Shown one piece after another: positions 1 to 14,500 of a stretch of DNA of 64,000 nucleotides. Made by a program: the position numbers and the translations under genes. The notes below the pieces were generated by a model, which saw only the letters and a program-made list of their open reading frames with translations, was not told the origin of the DNA and ran no database searches. Source of the stretch: Podarcis bocagei (taxonomy: Eukaryota); assembly GCA_964188305.1 (NCBI GenBank), contig OZ076885.1. The stretch is one strand, 5' to 3'. The number at the start of each line of letters is the position of its first letter. Within the stretch, counting starts at the first letter, position 1.

Positions 1-426
1 CTGCAAGTGACTCCCATTATTTTGGGTGCTAGTTTCTGTGTTTCCTTGTTTGATGTCTCACAGCTCACTAGATCCTTAATCCACAGAACTTTCACATGCT
101 TTCCTTTTGACCTTCTAGCTAAGTCGTAGATGAGTTCTCAGATATCAGGTAGACTGTTGCTGCCATGAGAGCCATGCTTACAGATACTGAATGACCATTC
201 AAATCCCCACAGAACTGCCTGTTCAGCTTAGCCTGTTCACATTTCAGTCATTTACTTGGACCCCTCAGTGTTTATTTGTGTATGAAGTGTAGACTTTGGT
301 TCTCTAAATTCATGTGTCCCAATTTGAAAAGGCAGCCAAGAATGAGCAAAAAATATGCTTGAGAACGCCTACAATCATCATTGTCAGTTGGGTAAAGAAA
401 GTAGAAGAGTGAGAATACATAATTAC

Positions 427-522
427 CTGTAGTATCTCGGTGGTTTCATTCATGTTGATTATGCATGCGTTCTGGACACACTTTCCACAACACTCCCCAG
501 CTTCTACCTGGTACTCGTAACC
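427..522 (-). CDS. MUC5B: Mucin exon 45
   Basis: [32 protein letters not shown]; GT donor, gene continues off-window. Confidence 0.92.
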
Positions 523-3500
523 CTGTTTGGCAGACAGGAAAAGTTAACCATGCATGATACGTGTGGAAGAGGCAGCCACCTGCAATGATTAAGGCTGCAA
601 TCCCAACCCCACCTAGTTTGGGAAAAGACCCACTGAATTCAATAGCACTTACTTGTGTACAGACGTAAGTTAGAATTGTTCTGTTGGGAAAGAAGCAGTA
701 ATAGGGGAAATAAAGATTTGTGCTTACCTCTTGGCAATCCTTATCACATGTAACTGGTTGACATTTTACAAGATTTGTATTGGAGTCTGGGTCCTTTTCA
801 GAGCTGCAGACACACGTTTCACAAGGCTTGCTAGGAACAGGCATTTCAGCCTGGGAAAAGTCAAAGAATAGCAGTTGTATTTATAAACAGAGTGTATAAA
901 GCAACTTTGTGAACCAAATATCAAATTCTTTTTAAAGATTTCTAACATACAAAATGTTTTCAACTCTTTTATTTCACTTTATAAGAACTCCATTAATATT
1001 CTAAATAAGCAATCAGGGAACAGAAAAACGATGAATGAAAGCAACTTATCCAAGGCCACCAAGTGGGTTCAGAAACGAGCAAATATTTGAAGCCACGTTT
1101 CTAAGAATCCAAGATACTTCTGTGGAAACATCCTTGATTTTTAAACTGAGTATTAATTCCTGTTTTATATTGCAACTGTGTTTCCCATGGTTACACCAAT
1201 ATTATATTTGCATTTTCCTAGGTAAACATGTAAAGTGTAAGAAGAAATATATGTCTAATAGGGTTGCCAGCTTCTTAACCAACCTCAGCTGCTGTGTTTA
1301 ACAGCCATGTGATCTAGAGAGATAGGAAGGTATAGAAGAGAAGAAGAGTTTGGATTTGATATCCCGCCTTTCACTCCCCTTCAGGAGTCTCAAAGCGGCT
1401 AACATTCTCCTTTCCCTTCCTCCCCCACAACAAACACTCTGTGAGGTGAGTGAGGCTGAGAGACTTCAGAGAAGTGTGACTGGCCCAAGGTCACCCAGCA
1501 GCTGCATGTGGAGGAGCAGAGACGCGAACCCGGTTCCCCAGATTACGAGACTACCGCTCTTAACCACTACACCACACTGGCTCTCTAATGTTCATTTCCA
1601 TGCTGTGAAAAGTTTCAGCTGTTAATTTTCTAAAGTCAAGCTGCTGTTAATTTTTGAAAGTCAAGGTGCTGCACCAGAGCAGGTCAGGTGTTTTTCTAGA
1701 TATTTGGCAAACCTAACCTAAACCTGCCAACCTAAAGTGGCCATTCCTTGGCATGCATCCTTGAGTATTTTGTAATGTGGTTCTGACTTTCACACGTGAG
1801 ATGTTTACTGTGGGAAATGTTGATATAGTCCCAATGCAACCCAAGAAAAATATGATTGTGAAGCAGCACACTCATATCATGATTCATGATATATTGCGAG
1901 GTCAAAAATTATGAAACAATATCACAATATGGATTTCAAGCCAGTTTTGGATGATATTTTTATATATTGTGCAGCCGTACCCAGGATCCACATGACATTG
2001 TCATCAACATATCAACCCATATTCCCCCCATCTTTAATTCAGATTTACTTTTTCCACAGAAACTCTGCTAGGTTAAAAAAATGTTGTCAATGACCCATTT
2101 GTGATATCTCAACAACCTGTTTCTAATACTAAGCTCCTGTCTAAATGCATCCCCAAACTACCCATTATTAGAAGGCAGAAAACAGTGGCTTGAGTTGCCT
2201 CAATGAATTGCTTTTCATCTGGCAGAAGTATCGGCCCATTGTCAAACATTTTCCATAGTTAATGAAGCAGGTGTCCTTTCGAAATGGCCATTAAAAAACT
2301 TCCCTGTCTGGACACTTAAGTATAGGTGGTTTAAATAATTTAGAATGATTTGCACTTTTACTCAAAAAATGCTTGCTTGGGAAGTCCCCCCTTCCCCACC
2401 CTCAGTAGTATTCTAATATGGCCTCAAGTTCAAATTCATAACTTTAAAGTTTACATTTTATTTTGCACCTTCCCCAACCTACTAGAGTGCTCAAAGCGGC
2501 TTACGAAGGAACATTTTAAACTGTCACAATCATAAAAAGCCAATAAAACGATACAGTAAGTTGATTTGTTTGGCCCCCTAGTGGCCAAAAGTTGAAAGGA
2601 TTTCTTGAGGGGAAAATTGGAACTGAGCCCGTTTTGAGGCCTGCTCTCTGGAGAACGGTTCCAAGATGCCACAGGCCAAAAACGGCAAAACCCCCAAATA
2701 AAACCGGTTATTGTTCATCTCACTGGCATATATACATTATGCTGGTGATGGAGGCCTACTGGATACATCAGTATCCCTGAGTGCTGCGTACTTTGTAAGC
2801 AGCAGTGTGACTGGAAAAATGCCTGCTTTTGGGATGATGCAGCCAACTCAACAGCACAGCAGTCAGTGAAGATTTGCACATGCAAATCATTGCATGGTTT
2901 AGGCAGGGAGGTGCAAGCCGTGGCCCTCTAGGTACTAGGCTCCAAATTCCACCAGCCCCAGTCAGCATGCCCAATGGCCAGCGAGGGTGACAGGCAAGGA
3001 TTTAAGCTGGAACTTGCCGAAACTCCGTTCTAGCATCTCTCAGGTGGGTGCCATTGCCATTTTCCTCCTCTGGAACACCCTCCTCAGGAAAGCTCACCTA
3101 GCACTGACTTCAATGTCTTTTTGGTATGAAGCCAAAATAACCTTCTTTTATCTCCCCAGAACCTTATGGTGTTTTATATTATGTGGTTTTAACATCCGTT
3201 CTTATTGTTGTCTGGTGGTTCTGCCATTTCACGTTTCTTTTTGGTTGTTTTTAGCTACTCTTGAGAACCTTCACAATTGAAAGGTATAATAAATATGTCT
3301 GAAAATCAGTATATATAAAAAAGCATGCTCAAACGGCATTGCTTTGACTTGACAGGTACCCCTTGAAATTAATTTCTACTGCTGCTGCTACAGTCTCTGC
3401 CTACGACTGAAAAGGGAACAATAGAAAAGAAGGATTTTAATCTGTGTACATAGTATATATAGACATAATACTCGCATTCTTACCCTGTAAACTGTTCCAT

Positions 3501-3951
3501 TGACAAGACAGACATCTGGGATTGGTACTGAAAACAGAAACAGACAATTACTTTAAAATATGGTGGGGAAATTATGTTTATAAGGTCCATTCCTGGATCC
3601 TCATCCCCCTAAGCTTTCTTCATTTCACCTGCCTAAATTAAGTGGGTGGGGGATCAATTTGATGTTGCTATTGTTTCACAGCTGGGAGGCAGATATCCTT
3701 GCTGATCTAGTGCAGATCAACTAGAGATCTACATCCACCCTTTGCTGACTCCAGCTTTAAATATGGTAACTTATCTGACAGGGAAAATCTTTGAAAAAGA
3801 TTGGGGGGCGGGGAGAGGAGAGTAAGGTGATACCTCATTGCTCACTTGACTGTTGGATATAATCCTTTCTGTGCAAAAGTGAAAGGAGATACATGAACAC
3901 TTTGCGTGTGTATTTATTTATTGCTTAAGGCAATGTATATAGTCCCTCCCA

Positions 3952-3999
<48 letters not shown>

Positions 4000-6783
4000 A
4001 CCATCACAACAATCCTGTGAAATGGATTTAGGTGAGAGATAAAACTGTAAAGCACATTTGAAACATGTTCTTTCCCTTAGGGAATGTTAGGCACTGTGGT
4101 TTGTTAAAGGTTGCCAGGAATTTTAACTGCGAGGGGTAAACTACCCTGGCCAGAATTCTTTTGGAGGAAATAACGTGCTTTAAAGGTATTTTGTGTACAC
4201 AGTGACTGGCCCGAAGTTACTCAATGAGCTTTGCGGCCTAGTGGAGTTTTGAAGATGAGTTTCTCCAGCTTTTAGTCTGACACTAGTCCAAGGTGGCTTT
4301 GAAGTGTAGTTCATACTGTTTGACGCTGCACTCCAGAATGTGTCTTCAGTTTCTAAAATGTTTTCATGGCAACATTTTTGTTTGTTTGTTTTAAGGAGGG
4401 GAGTGTGGAATGCTTCCACTGTACGTAAATTATGTCTGGGTTCAGCCTAACTTGATGTTTTAATCTCTCTCATCTACTTTCTCTCTCTACATGTCAGAAT
4501 GCTAGCACTTACTACAGGGAAAGCTGACACAGCAGTCTCCTTCAAGCAGGACTGGGGTTGCCTCGTATCCAAGTTCACAAGGTTTCTTTTCGTTGGAGCA
4601 GGTAGTAGTATTGCATTCTGTGGAATAATCAGAAAACACAACAGAGCTGAAGAAGCAAGTCTAGCACCCCAGCCTTAAATGTTTAGACCAGCAAATATTC
4701 CTGTGGTGCTAGGACAATAATCCTATTCAGTATCATGACTGGTGGGTGAGAGTGTACTGGGCTGGGGTAGGTATGCACGAGGAAGACCAGCATGGCCCCC
4801 TCCATCAGCCAGAGAAAAAACAGCTGAAGTAGGTTTGACACATACACTCACCGCCCAACACGTCACACACTAGTATTGTAGTGCTGAAAGACAGCATACT
4901 CCAGGGCATTAAAATCTGCTAGGAGTTTACTCCCCTTGCCTCCCAAGCCGGCCATCGTGGCAAGTGGGAGACCTATCCAATCCCCACCCACCATCCACAA
5001 TAAGCTTGTTTCACCCCTCCAGGCTAAAAAGAACAGTAAGATCCAAGGTCTGAGTATGCCTCTCCCCCCCCCCCCCTCATGCCAGGTCTGTTATATGTCA
5101 AGACCTAGGGCAGGGACTGTCTTATTACTGATCATTGTAAGTTTTGCTGCGAGCCTTTTTCTGGCTAACAGGTGGACTAAAAATGCATTAAATAAATAAA
5201 TACATTTCAGAATTGACTTAGCTTGCCTTCAGATCATATTGTAAAGGAGGGAAAGGAGACTAGCAAATCTCCTGTTTCTGAGAAGTCCTCCAGTCCTAAG
5301 CAGATTTCTGTCAAAAATTCCTACTAAGGTTGAAGGACATACTGCCAAGTTAATGTATGTAGGATTGCAGGTTAATTGTAGCAAAGCTCTTTTGACTATA
5401 TGGTGAGCAAAGCAAAGCATCCAAACCCAGAGATTTAACTCTTTATCTGCCTGTCAGTTCCCATATGACAAGAGAAAATGGTTTTGTTTTGTTTTTGTAT
5501 TTTTTACAGATTGCTCTGTGTGGTTATTTACTATAGAGATAATTAAGCTGGGATAGAATTGTGCAACTGATGTTACCTGCCAACATGTAATGCTGTCTGG
5601 ATGTCTGTGTTTCCCCCTCAACCAAAGCAACAGTAACCATAATAGCACAAATTGTTTCATCAACAGAGGGCAGAATTGGATTGATTGGCATTGGCTATCA
5701 ATAAATAATACATGCAAATACGTACTGCATTGAAGTTCTGGACAGCACAGGTCTTTTGGTGTCAACACAGGGACAGGCACAAACCCTTCTTTCTCACATT
5801 TGGGTGGTTCCGATGACACACAGGTCTGTGGCTTGCACTGGACGCTCTCAGTCAATGGGTCACAAATACACTCTTGACAGTTGCTCTTCCATGAGGAGCC
5901 AGGCTATATGAAAAAGAAAGCAAATCAGTTAACACTGTATGGCAGCAATGAAACCTATAATCATCTGCTTACTTGTCAATTATTAGACCTTAAGCTTTCT
6001 TTAGAAGGGGCACCTAGTTGATCTTAAGTTTCCTGTAATATCAAACTTACAGTAACTGTGCAATAAGCTTTGGACCAGAGCCATACAATACAACTTGAAG
6101 GTGCTTCTTAAGGATTGTTTCCACCACCCCACAAATGGCTATAAAAAGACTTCCTTAAATTATAAGATATGCTGAACCAGGTTAAATTTCCTTCTAGGCT
6201 GTTTCAGGGAGATGCACATATATAGCATTGGTTCTATATGTGCATTAGGCATGGCCTTCTGAGTCCTCTGAAAGTCTTGTTGGTCTTCTTCTGAAACCCA
6301 AGCAAAATACCGGTACTTACGATGGAGACCACAACCTCTACCAGCTGCTATTTTAATTTCCATCACTTCCATGCAAAGCCTTTCTTTGAGATCACAAAGT
6401 GTTGCATTAGATGTTAGTCCTACTCAGAATAGACCCATTGAAAGTGATGGACATGACTGAGTTTGGCCCATTAATATTAGTGTGTCTAATCTGATGTTTC
6501 AAAGGCTTCAGGGGACAACTGGTGTACCTCTCAGTCCAAAGGGGACTGGAAAGTGTGCTGTACAATCCATCTGACAGCTATAGAGCCCAGGAGAGGCTGG
6601 TATTTCAGACTATGTCTGCCTCTCCTTCAGAAGCACTTCTATATTTCTGACCAGCTCACTGTTTCTGCATGTTGATAATAATTATCTGGATCTACATGCC
6701 AGTTATGCATACCAAAACTACAAATCTTTTTGCTACAAAGAAAAGTTTCAATGACTTCTATTGCTTTCTTTTGATTATTCTCC

Positions 6784-6820
<37 letters not shown>

Positions 6821-9800
6821 TATAACAATAACAAGAAACTAAATTAAATAAAATATTGTGAATTCTCTCCCCCCCCCCCATGGCTTTACCCTCCCTCCTA
6901 AAATCTGAAATGATCTCCAACTCCTACTACAACATAAAATGATGCCCTTGTCTGGTAAAGCAGAAGTTTTGCTGCCTTGTGAATGTATGTGCAGGGGTGC
7001 AGGGTGTTGCAGTCATAGTGAGGCCAATTATTAGTCCCTTGTCAGTTCTGGATGATTCTCTATGTTGCCTTTGTATGGGCAACGGTCTAGGCATCATCTT
7101 TCCAAGTGAAATACTCACTGGTTTGGGCAATCCGTCTGGTCCCACGCAGCCTGAAAATAAATAAAGGCATAAGAATTCATACAGATCCCTTATATTCCAT
7201 AAACATGTAAACTGCCTTAACTTTAACACAAGTTTCCTGTAGCCATAACCATTTGCTTTTAAACATTATTATGCAGCTTTTTCCAGCTAAGTAACCAGTT
7301 TATACAGAGAATTTCACCACATGATGAATTTTTACAGGATTCTTCCTGGGTTGTTCTTTAAAAACATACCTCCATGCAGTATAATGAAAATACAGGAATA
7401 GCAATACTGTATTAACCACATAGTACTAAAACGTAATTTCATCACATGGAGCGGAGCATTTATGTGTAACCACAGAAGGAAATGGATGCTGAGGGTGCCA
7501 TAGCATCCTACTATTCTTCACCACTTGTGGCATGCCCCCTGCAGGTCAGGTGCTCATTTTGTGTTTACAGACATAATTTGAAATTACAGAAAGACATGCA
7601 AATGTTAGAAAAAGCTAAAGTTACCCTTGTGTTATTTAGGCCCTAATTATACACATGCACACACCTCTGAGCAGATAAGTAGAGGATTGCCCTTCCACAT
7701 ACCACCTCTAATGATCTTCATAAGCTGTTTATTAGGGGCAACAGACCAGAAATAAACCATACAGGACAAGCGTAGCATAGTAACAGCGGCTTAGAAACTA
7801 GAAACTAGCAAATATACAAAATAGCAAATAGCTCCAGGTAATCCCCTGGAAATAATCCTTCCAGCTTTAGGTGGTTAACTGACTTCTTATTGTCACAGCC
7901 ACCAACAGAAATTTGACTGCTGTCTTTAAAACTTGTGGGATTTTATCTCCCAGCAAATGTTTAACATAGAATTGAGTTGACCATCCTGGTAATTTGGCCA
8001 GTAAAGGGCCAATCATTTGCTGATGAACTCCAACACCTTTAATTATGCATCTGCTTTTGGTTTAAATTGACATAATTAGCCGATCAGGATTAGAGAAACT
8101 TACCGCATGTTTTGACACAGATATCCGTGTATGTATTGAAGAGGATTTTGTCCTCTGGGCAGAAGCATCCTTCAGCAACATGCTCACTTTTATCTTTGGT
8201 TGGCCTGCAAGGAAAAGAAGAGGAGATAATATTATTACCAGTTCTGTAATCAAACAGTTTAATAGCTTCAATGCTCACCTTCGTAAAAACACTATTTTTC
8301 TAAGGGATTACAGTATTTAAATGCAAAAGAAAACTGGCGCTTTCCTAAGAAGTAAATAAATACAGTGGTGCCCCGCAAGACGAATGCCTCGCAAGACGGA
8401 AAACCCGCTAGACGAAAGGGTTTTACGTTTTTGAGCTGCTTCGCAAGACGAATTTCCCTATGGGCTTGCTTCGCAAGACGAAAACGTCTTGCGAGTGTTC
8501 CGATTTTTTTCCGCTCCCCCCCTTTTTCTAAGCCGCTAAGCCACTAATAGCCTTTTAGCCGCTAATCCGCTAAGCCTTTAATAGCCGCTAATCCGCTAAA
8601 CTGCTAATAGCGCTAATCCGCTAAGCCGCTAATACGGTTGCTTCACAAGACGAAAAAACCGCTAGACGAAGAGACTCGCGGAACGGATTATTTTCGTCTT
8701 GCGAGGCACCACTGTACTGGAGCCATTCACTATAGATGGCATAATAAGAGACAACAGGTTAATTGCAACAGTTTATGTTAAGAGTAAGAACTGTGTGTTG
8801 GGAATCTGGTCAGCACAATTATTTGCATGTCTACTCAGAAATAAGTTTTTCAGGTCAATGGCACTTACTCTCAAGTAAGTGTGCATATGGTTGTAGATTA
8901 ACAGTGCACACTGAACCACTTCTACTCAGGTCAAAAGTGCTGTAGGCTGAATCTGGCCTATGGGCTGTCACTTCTCCACCCCCAATTTAAACCAGTGAAA
9001 GCTAGTCTGCCAGGCCACTGTGCTCAAGCTTTAAACACTACACTAGTAGGAAGAAATCTTTGAAAGGATCTTTCCTAATCTATTTACAGTGGTACTTTGG
9101 GTTACATACGCTTCAGGTTACATACGCTTCAGGTTACAGACTCCGCTAACCCAGAAATAGTACCTCGGGTTAAGGATAAGAATAGAAATCATGCTCCGGC
9201 GGCGCGGCAGCAGCAGGAGACCCCATTAGCTAAAGTGGTGCTTCAGGTTAAGAACGGTTTCAGGTTAAGAACGGACCTCCGGAACTAATTAAGTACTTAA
9301 CCCGAGGTACCACTGTACAATGCTATCCAATTGCACTATGCATGGGATCAGGGTTGAAACAGAATCCCTTTTTTGAGCTAAGAACAAGGTAATGCGGAAT
9401 AGTTATCCTGGCTTTAAACTCTTTTCACCTGCTCTGCTTTACTTAATTTGGGACGGACCCCACCTTTTAACACCCTTGACTTAAGGTAACCAAGCTGAAT
9501 AGAGAGAGTTAAAGCTAGAATAACTATTCAACATTACCATGATTTATGGTATCAGGTATGCATGCTAATCCATTTATGTGGCCTATACAGTATTTGTACT
9601 CTTGCCTCATTAATTTGTGCAGAGTACAAGCGAGTATGTGATTCCAGGGTAGACGGGTTTAGCACCAAACGTTAGAATTACCATGCCCTGGATTAGCCAT
9701 AGGGATAGGGAGGGCCTGGAGAACCTGAAAAGGTTTATGGTGCCCTGGAGGACTGACTGGATCTTGAAAACATCCTTGTAAAATGAGTAGAGTTGAAAGA

Positions 9801-11525
9801 CCAAGGCAGGGACTTCTGTGGTGGGAACTGCTCAGGCTCTGGCAGGTTTAAAGTATCTACCAGCAAAGAATGCAGTTTAACCAGGGTTAAAAACCTGAAG
9901 CTGGCAATCATAATTATTTGGGGAGGAATTGACATGGAATGAATGACCATATAAATAGATAAGAATGCATTTTTTTTTAACAAATCCTATTAATTAATGC
10001 AACATTCCCCTAAAAATTAACACATCAACTATCCACTGCTGCCATACTTGGGAAGATACTAACTAATTAAAGATCTTCATCTAAAGATCTTGATATGACC
10101 TTTATACATTCACCATTTTCTAGCAAGAGCTAATTATTTAGTTAATACATACCCATCATCACAGGTGACAGGGTGAATGGGGCCACATGCATTGTACACC
10201 TTGTCTTTGGGGCAGTGGTATGCTGTATATAAGAGAATAAAATGTGTCATTAAAAAGCAGAATGACTCCAACATGAGGCAGAACTATGTATTACATGTTG
10301 TCATATTATGTTTTTCCCATTAGCTTTTAAAAAAAATCACATAAAGCATCTATGGTTGGCATCAGATTGAATGAAGGAGTGACTTTTGCCAAGGCAAGGC
10401 ACACCCATACCCAGAGGACTGCTGTAAGCCCCAGTGCATGCTCAACCCTGACCTACAAATGGAAATATCCATAGCTGAGAACATGGATTCAATACAGACA
10501 TCCACAGATGGATTCTGATCCAGTGGAGAGAACCTGTTGGTGGAAAGAGAGGGAGGCAACATTTGCCAATTCCCCCATCCTCTTGCAGTGCCACCTCCCA
10601 TGTTGATCTGGAGGATCCTCCAACCCTCTGGAGCAGTTTCAGAGGTTGAAATGGGCTTCAGGGAGATGGAGCAATTAGCAAAAGTCAACTTCCCTTCCCT
10701 TCTGCTGCTCCCTTCCATTCAACAGGAGCAAAGTCTGGATTCAACCCACTATGAAGTGCAGAAGCTGAAATCTTAATTCTTGTGAAAAAAGACAAAGACT
10801 GAGGGAAACAAACATGCAACTGAAGTTAGAACATGCTATTGTTCAGTTTGCATTGATTACTATTCATCTGCTGACACCGTTTTGAATGGTTGATTGATTG
10901 GTTCACTCAGCTATTATTGCTCTACGATAAATTGCTGCTCACTTTAGGATAAGCGAAAATACGTTGTCTTCCACTTACGGCATTTTCCTAGCGTCATGTT
11001 CCTCCAGTCAGTACAAACCCCTTTAGCTATGCAGAGGGAAGCATATATCTCCAAATTGTAGCAAGGCACAGAATCATTGGAAGACTGACAGGCTTCAAGG
11101 AGGCAGTCTTCATAGTATATTCTGGGAGGCAGAACCTTATGGCATTCTTCAAAGACACTTCAAATACAAAAGAATACATGGTTGAACTATGGCTCATAAA
11201 TATTGCAATGTCCCCTTGCCACCCCATTTTCAGTATGAAACTGCGACTGAAAGGATAATATTCTTAGCAAATATGTACAGTACATTTCACAATGATATCA
11301 ATTCTAGAAAGATCAGCTTTGTATTACTATGGAAGTAAAAATCCTACAGTGTTGCAATGTTAAAGCTCTTTATGGTATATAAGGTAGCCGAGATGCCTTG
11401 AAGATACTAAAACAATGTCATGCTTATTGTTGGATGGATCTTATGTTCTTTGTATACTGTGTTAGTTTTATGATGTTAGCCACCCTGAGCCTGGCTCCGG
11501 CTGGGGAGGGCGGGGTATAAATAAA

Positions 11526-11576
<51 letters not shown>

Positions 11577-14500
11577 CTGTGAAATATAAGAACAATAAAG
11601 GAAAAGGGTGTTATCTATCCCTAGAAAACATTCCTGATGTCCTAGCAGTAGATAAAAACATAAGAATATAAGGTAAAAAGCTCTGCTGGAGCAGACCAAA
11701 GCTTTATCTTTCTAGTCCTGTGGTCAACCAGTGGCTTATGTCCTGCCCACAAGCTGGACAGATGAGGTCATGTGCACAATGTCTTGGTGATGATTTTATG
11801 TTCCTATGTGTTCATCAGAAGTGGGTTTTTTTTAAAAAAATAAAGTTGTCAAAGCGATAGCTTGCTCTGCAGGATCTAACAGCTGAAGCATTTGTAAAGG
11901 CTGTGTTGAACTTACTCGCTCACAATCAGCTCACACAGAGGAGATGGAGTGGTGCAGGGTGTTGGTGCTGGTGTTGTCGTTCTTGGCTCATGCGGTGTTG
12001 TTGTTGGAGGTGATGTTGTTGGCACTCCATAGCAATGGGGCTTGTTTTTATCGTAGGTCTTCCAGTAGCTGGCCATTTCTGAGCAAGAGGAAGCTTCATG
12101 GCCGTTGGGGAGGCGGCAGTCATCTGTCTTGTCATTTGAACATACTCCTAGGAGGGAGAAAGGGTCGCATTGTAAGTGTGCTGAATATGCAGTATACATT
12201 AGTGTCACTCTGAATGACATTGAAATAACAAAGCGGACTTCCTAATTGAAAAAGCCATTGTTGCTATCATAAAGTGTACCTTATATGCATATTCTGTTTC
12301 CTACTCTTCAGTATGGATATATTAGTCAAACCCAGGCTTCCTCAACCTCAGCTCTCCAGATGTTTTGAGACTACAATTCCCATCACCCCGACCACTGGTC
12401 CTGCTAGCTAGGGATCATGGGAGTTGTAGGCCAAAAACATCTGGAGGGCCGAGGTTGAGGAAGCCTGGTCAAACCATAGGTCCACCAAGCCCAATTAGGT
12501 CTACTCTGATGGGCAGCAGTTCTTTCTTCATCCCAAGAACTTTCAGATGTAGATACCAGGAACTGGACCTGGGATGGTCTAACACCACACACATGTGTTT
12601 GGCCATGGAGCTGTGGCCCCTCCCCCCAATGGTTAATTTTTCTTTATTGCTTTTCTAATGCTCCACATCTTCCTATGTAAAGAAATTTGTTTTGAAGGAA
12701 TAACATTGTGAAAAAGGATTTGAATGGTTGGGGATGTTTTGATCCCTTTACTTACCACATTGCCCCTCTGTGTTATGCTGAAATAGGTCAAAGGGGAGTT
12801 TTACTGAGAAAGTGAGCCCGTTGAAAGATATAAAAGCTTGGAGTGCAGGGATTTCGACACTCATGACAGTTCCAGTACTGGTGACAGAAATACCATATTT
12901 GGTGAAATCTCCATTGACCGGCTCATGGTTGAAAAAAATCTGAAACAGCAGCACAAAAGAGGCAAAAGAATATAAATCTGGAGGATTCAGAGTCTTCCAG
13001 AGCACTTGAGGGCAATCAGTCCTGGCCATGCTGATATTTCCTAGCTGCCTGTTTTTATACTACTTTTAATACTGCAATGATTATTTTACTGTGTTATTGT
13101 ATTTAATTAAAAACAGTAAGCCATAGTTTTTAACTGAAAACATACAGACACATGTATATATATGTGTGTGTGTGCGTGTATGTCATTGATTCTATAACCA
13201 TTAACTGGAAGTAAAGTGCATTAAACTCAGTGGGGGCTTTCTTCTGAGTAGTCATTATAGAGATGCACAGTTTGAGGAATAGCATCTCAATCCTAAACAT
13301 AATCTACATCATGGGATTAAGTAGCATTCCTCAAACAGGCACTTTGCCATGATTGTTATGTAAATTTTACAACCCATTAGCTGGTTTATAAATGTCATTT
13401 TGACATTTTTGTTTTGGTAAAAAATTATTATTGTAGGAAGCTGACACAGTTTGAGAAATCTGTGGCACACAGTACCTTGTTAATTCTCACTCCTTCATGC
13501 ACTTCACTGCTTAGCACAACTTCCATTGAGTTGTAATTTACAATGATGGCTCTGGAACAGGGCTGATTGTTAGTGACATCACAGAAATAATTGTCAAGCA
13601 AAACACTGAGGTTTCCATGTATATTCACAATCTCTTTCACCAAGATGTAAGTGCAGTTGTCATAGAAAGTGTAATTAGTGCCATCAAATGTCAGATAGTT
13701 AGCATCCCAACCAGTGCAAATACCTGTAACAGAAATCAAAAGATCAAATAAGGTTCACCTGGAGTGTAGTCTTGAGCAAACCAGAGTAACCAAGGTAAAT
13801 ATACACTGTGAAATCATTGGTTATTATGCTGTTGCTTGTATTAACTTTGATGGGCTAGGTCCTAGTTTGGTACACCAATTAGAAAGTGGGAATAATAAGA
13901 GAATTCTAGGAGAGCAATGTTGATGGTGCAGATTTTGTGGTGAAACAACTGCCATAGCCAGAGTCCTGATGACTAGTGACAGCCAGGGCAGGAATTGGTT
14001 GAACCACAGCATTTTCTCCCTTACTCCTTTCCATTGAAATATGAAAAGCCACCGGTTGACTTTTTTAGGAGTATGCTAGAGAAACAAGAGGTTTAGGCTT
14101 CTGCAAATCCATAGCCTTCCCTGAAAGACCCTCAAAAGTCTCACCTCCCTCAATAAATGGAATTGCAACTGCATGACATTACACCCCCTGAGCTTTGTAC
14201 GATACAATCCTGTAAGTTAAATATCTTAATCTCTCATTCCATATCATAAAGATATATGTACTTTTTCTGAATGCTCAGTTATACTTACATTCACATTCAT
14301 AGCGTTCGACACAGCCATCCTTATCTACTATTTTTATCGGTGGGAGTCCACTCACACATACTGTCTTCTCTACAGGTGGTTGCGGCTTCAGAACTATTTT
14401 GCTGTTTCCTTCACAAGTTGCCACAGTGCAGTTGTTAAATATCCAAGTTTCATTGGTCTAGAGGGAAACCAGAGAAAAAATATTCTACAAGTGTCATACT

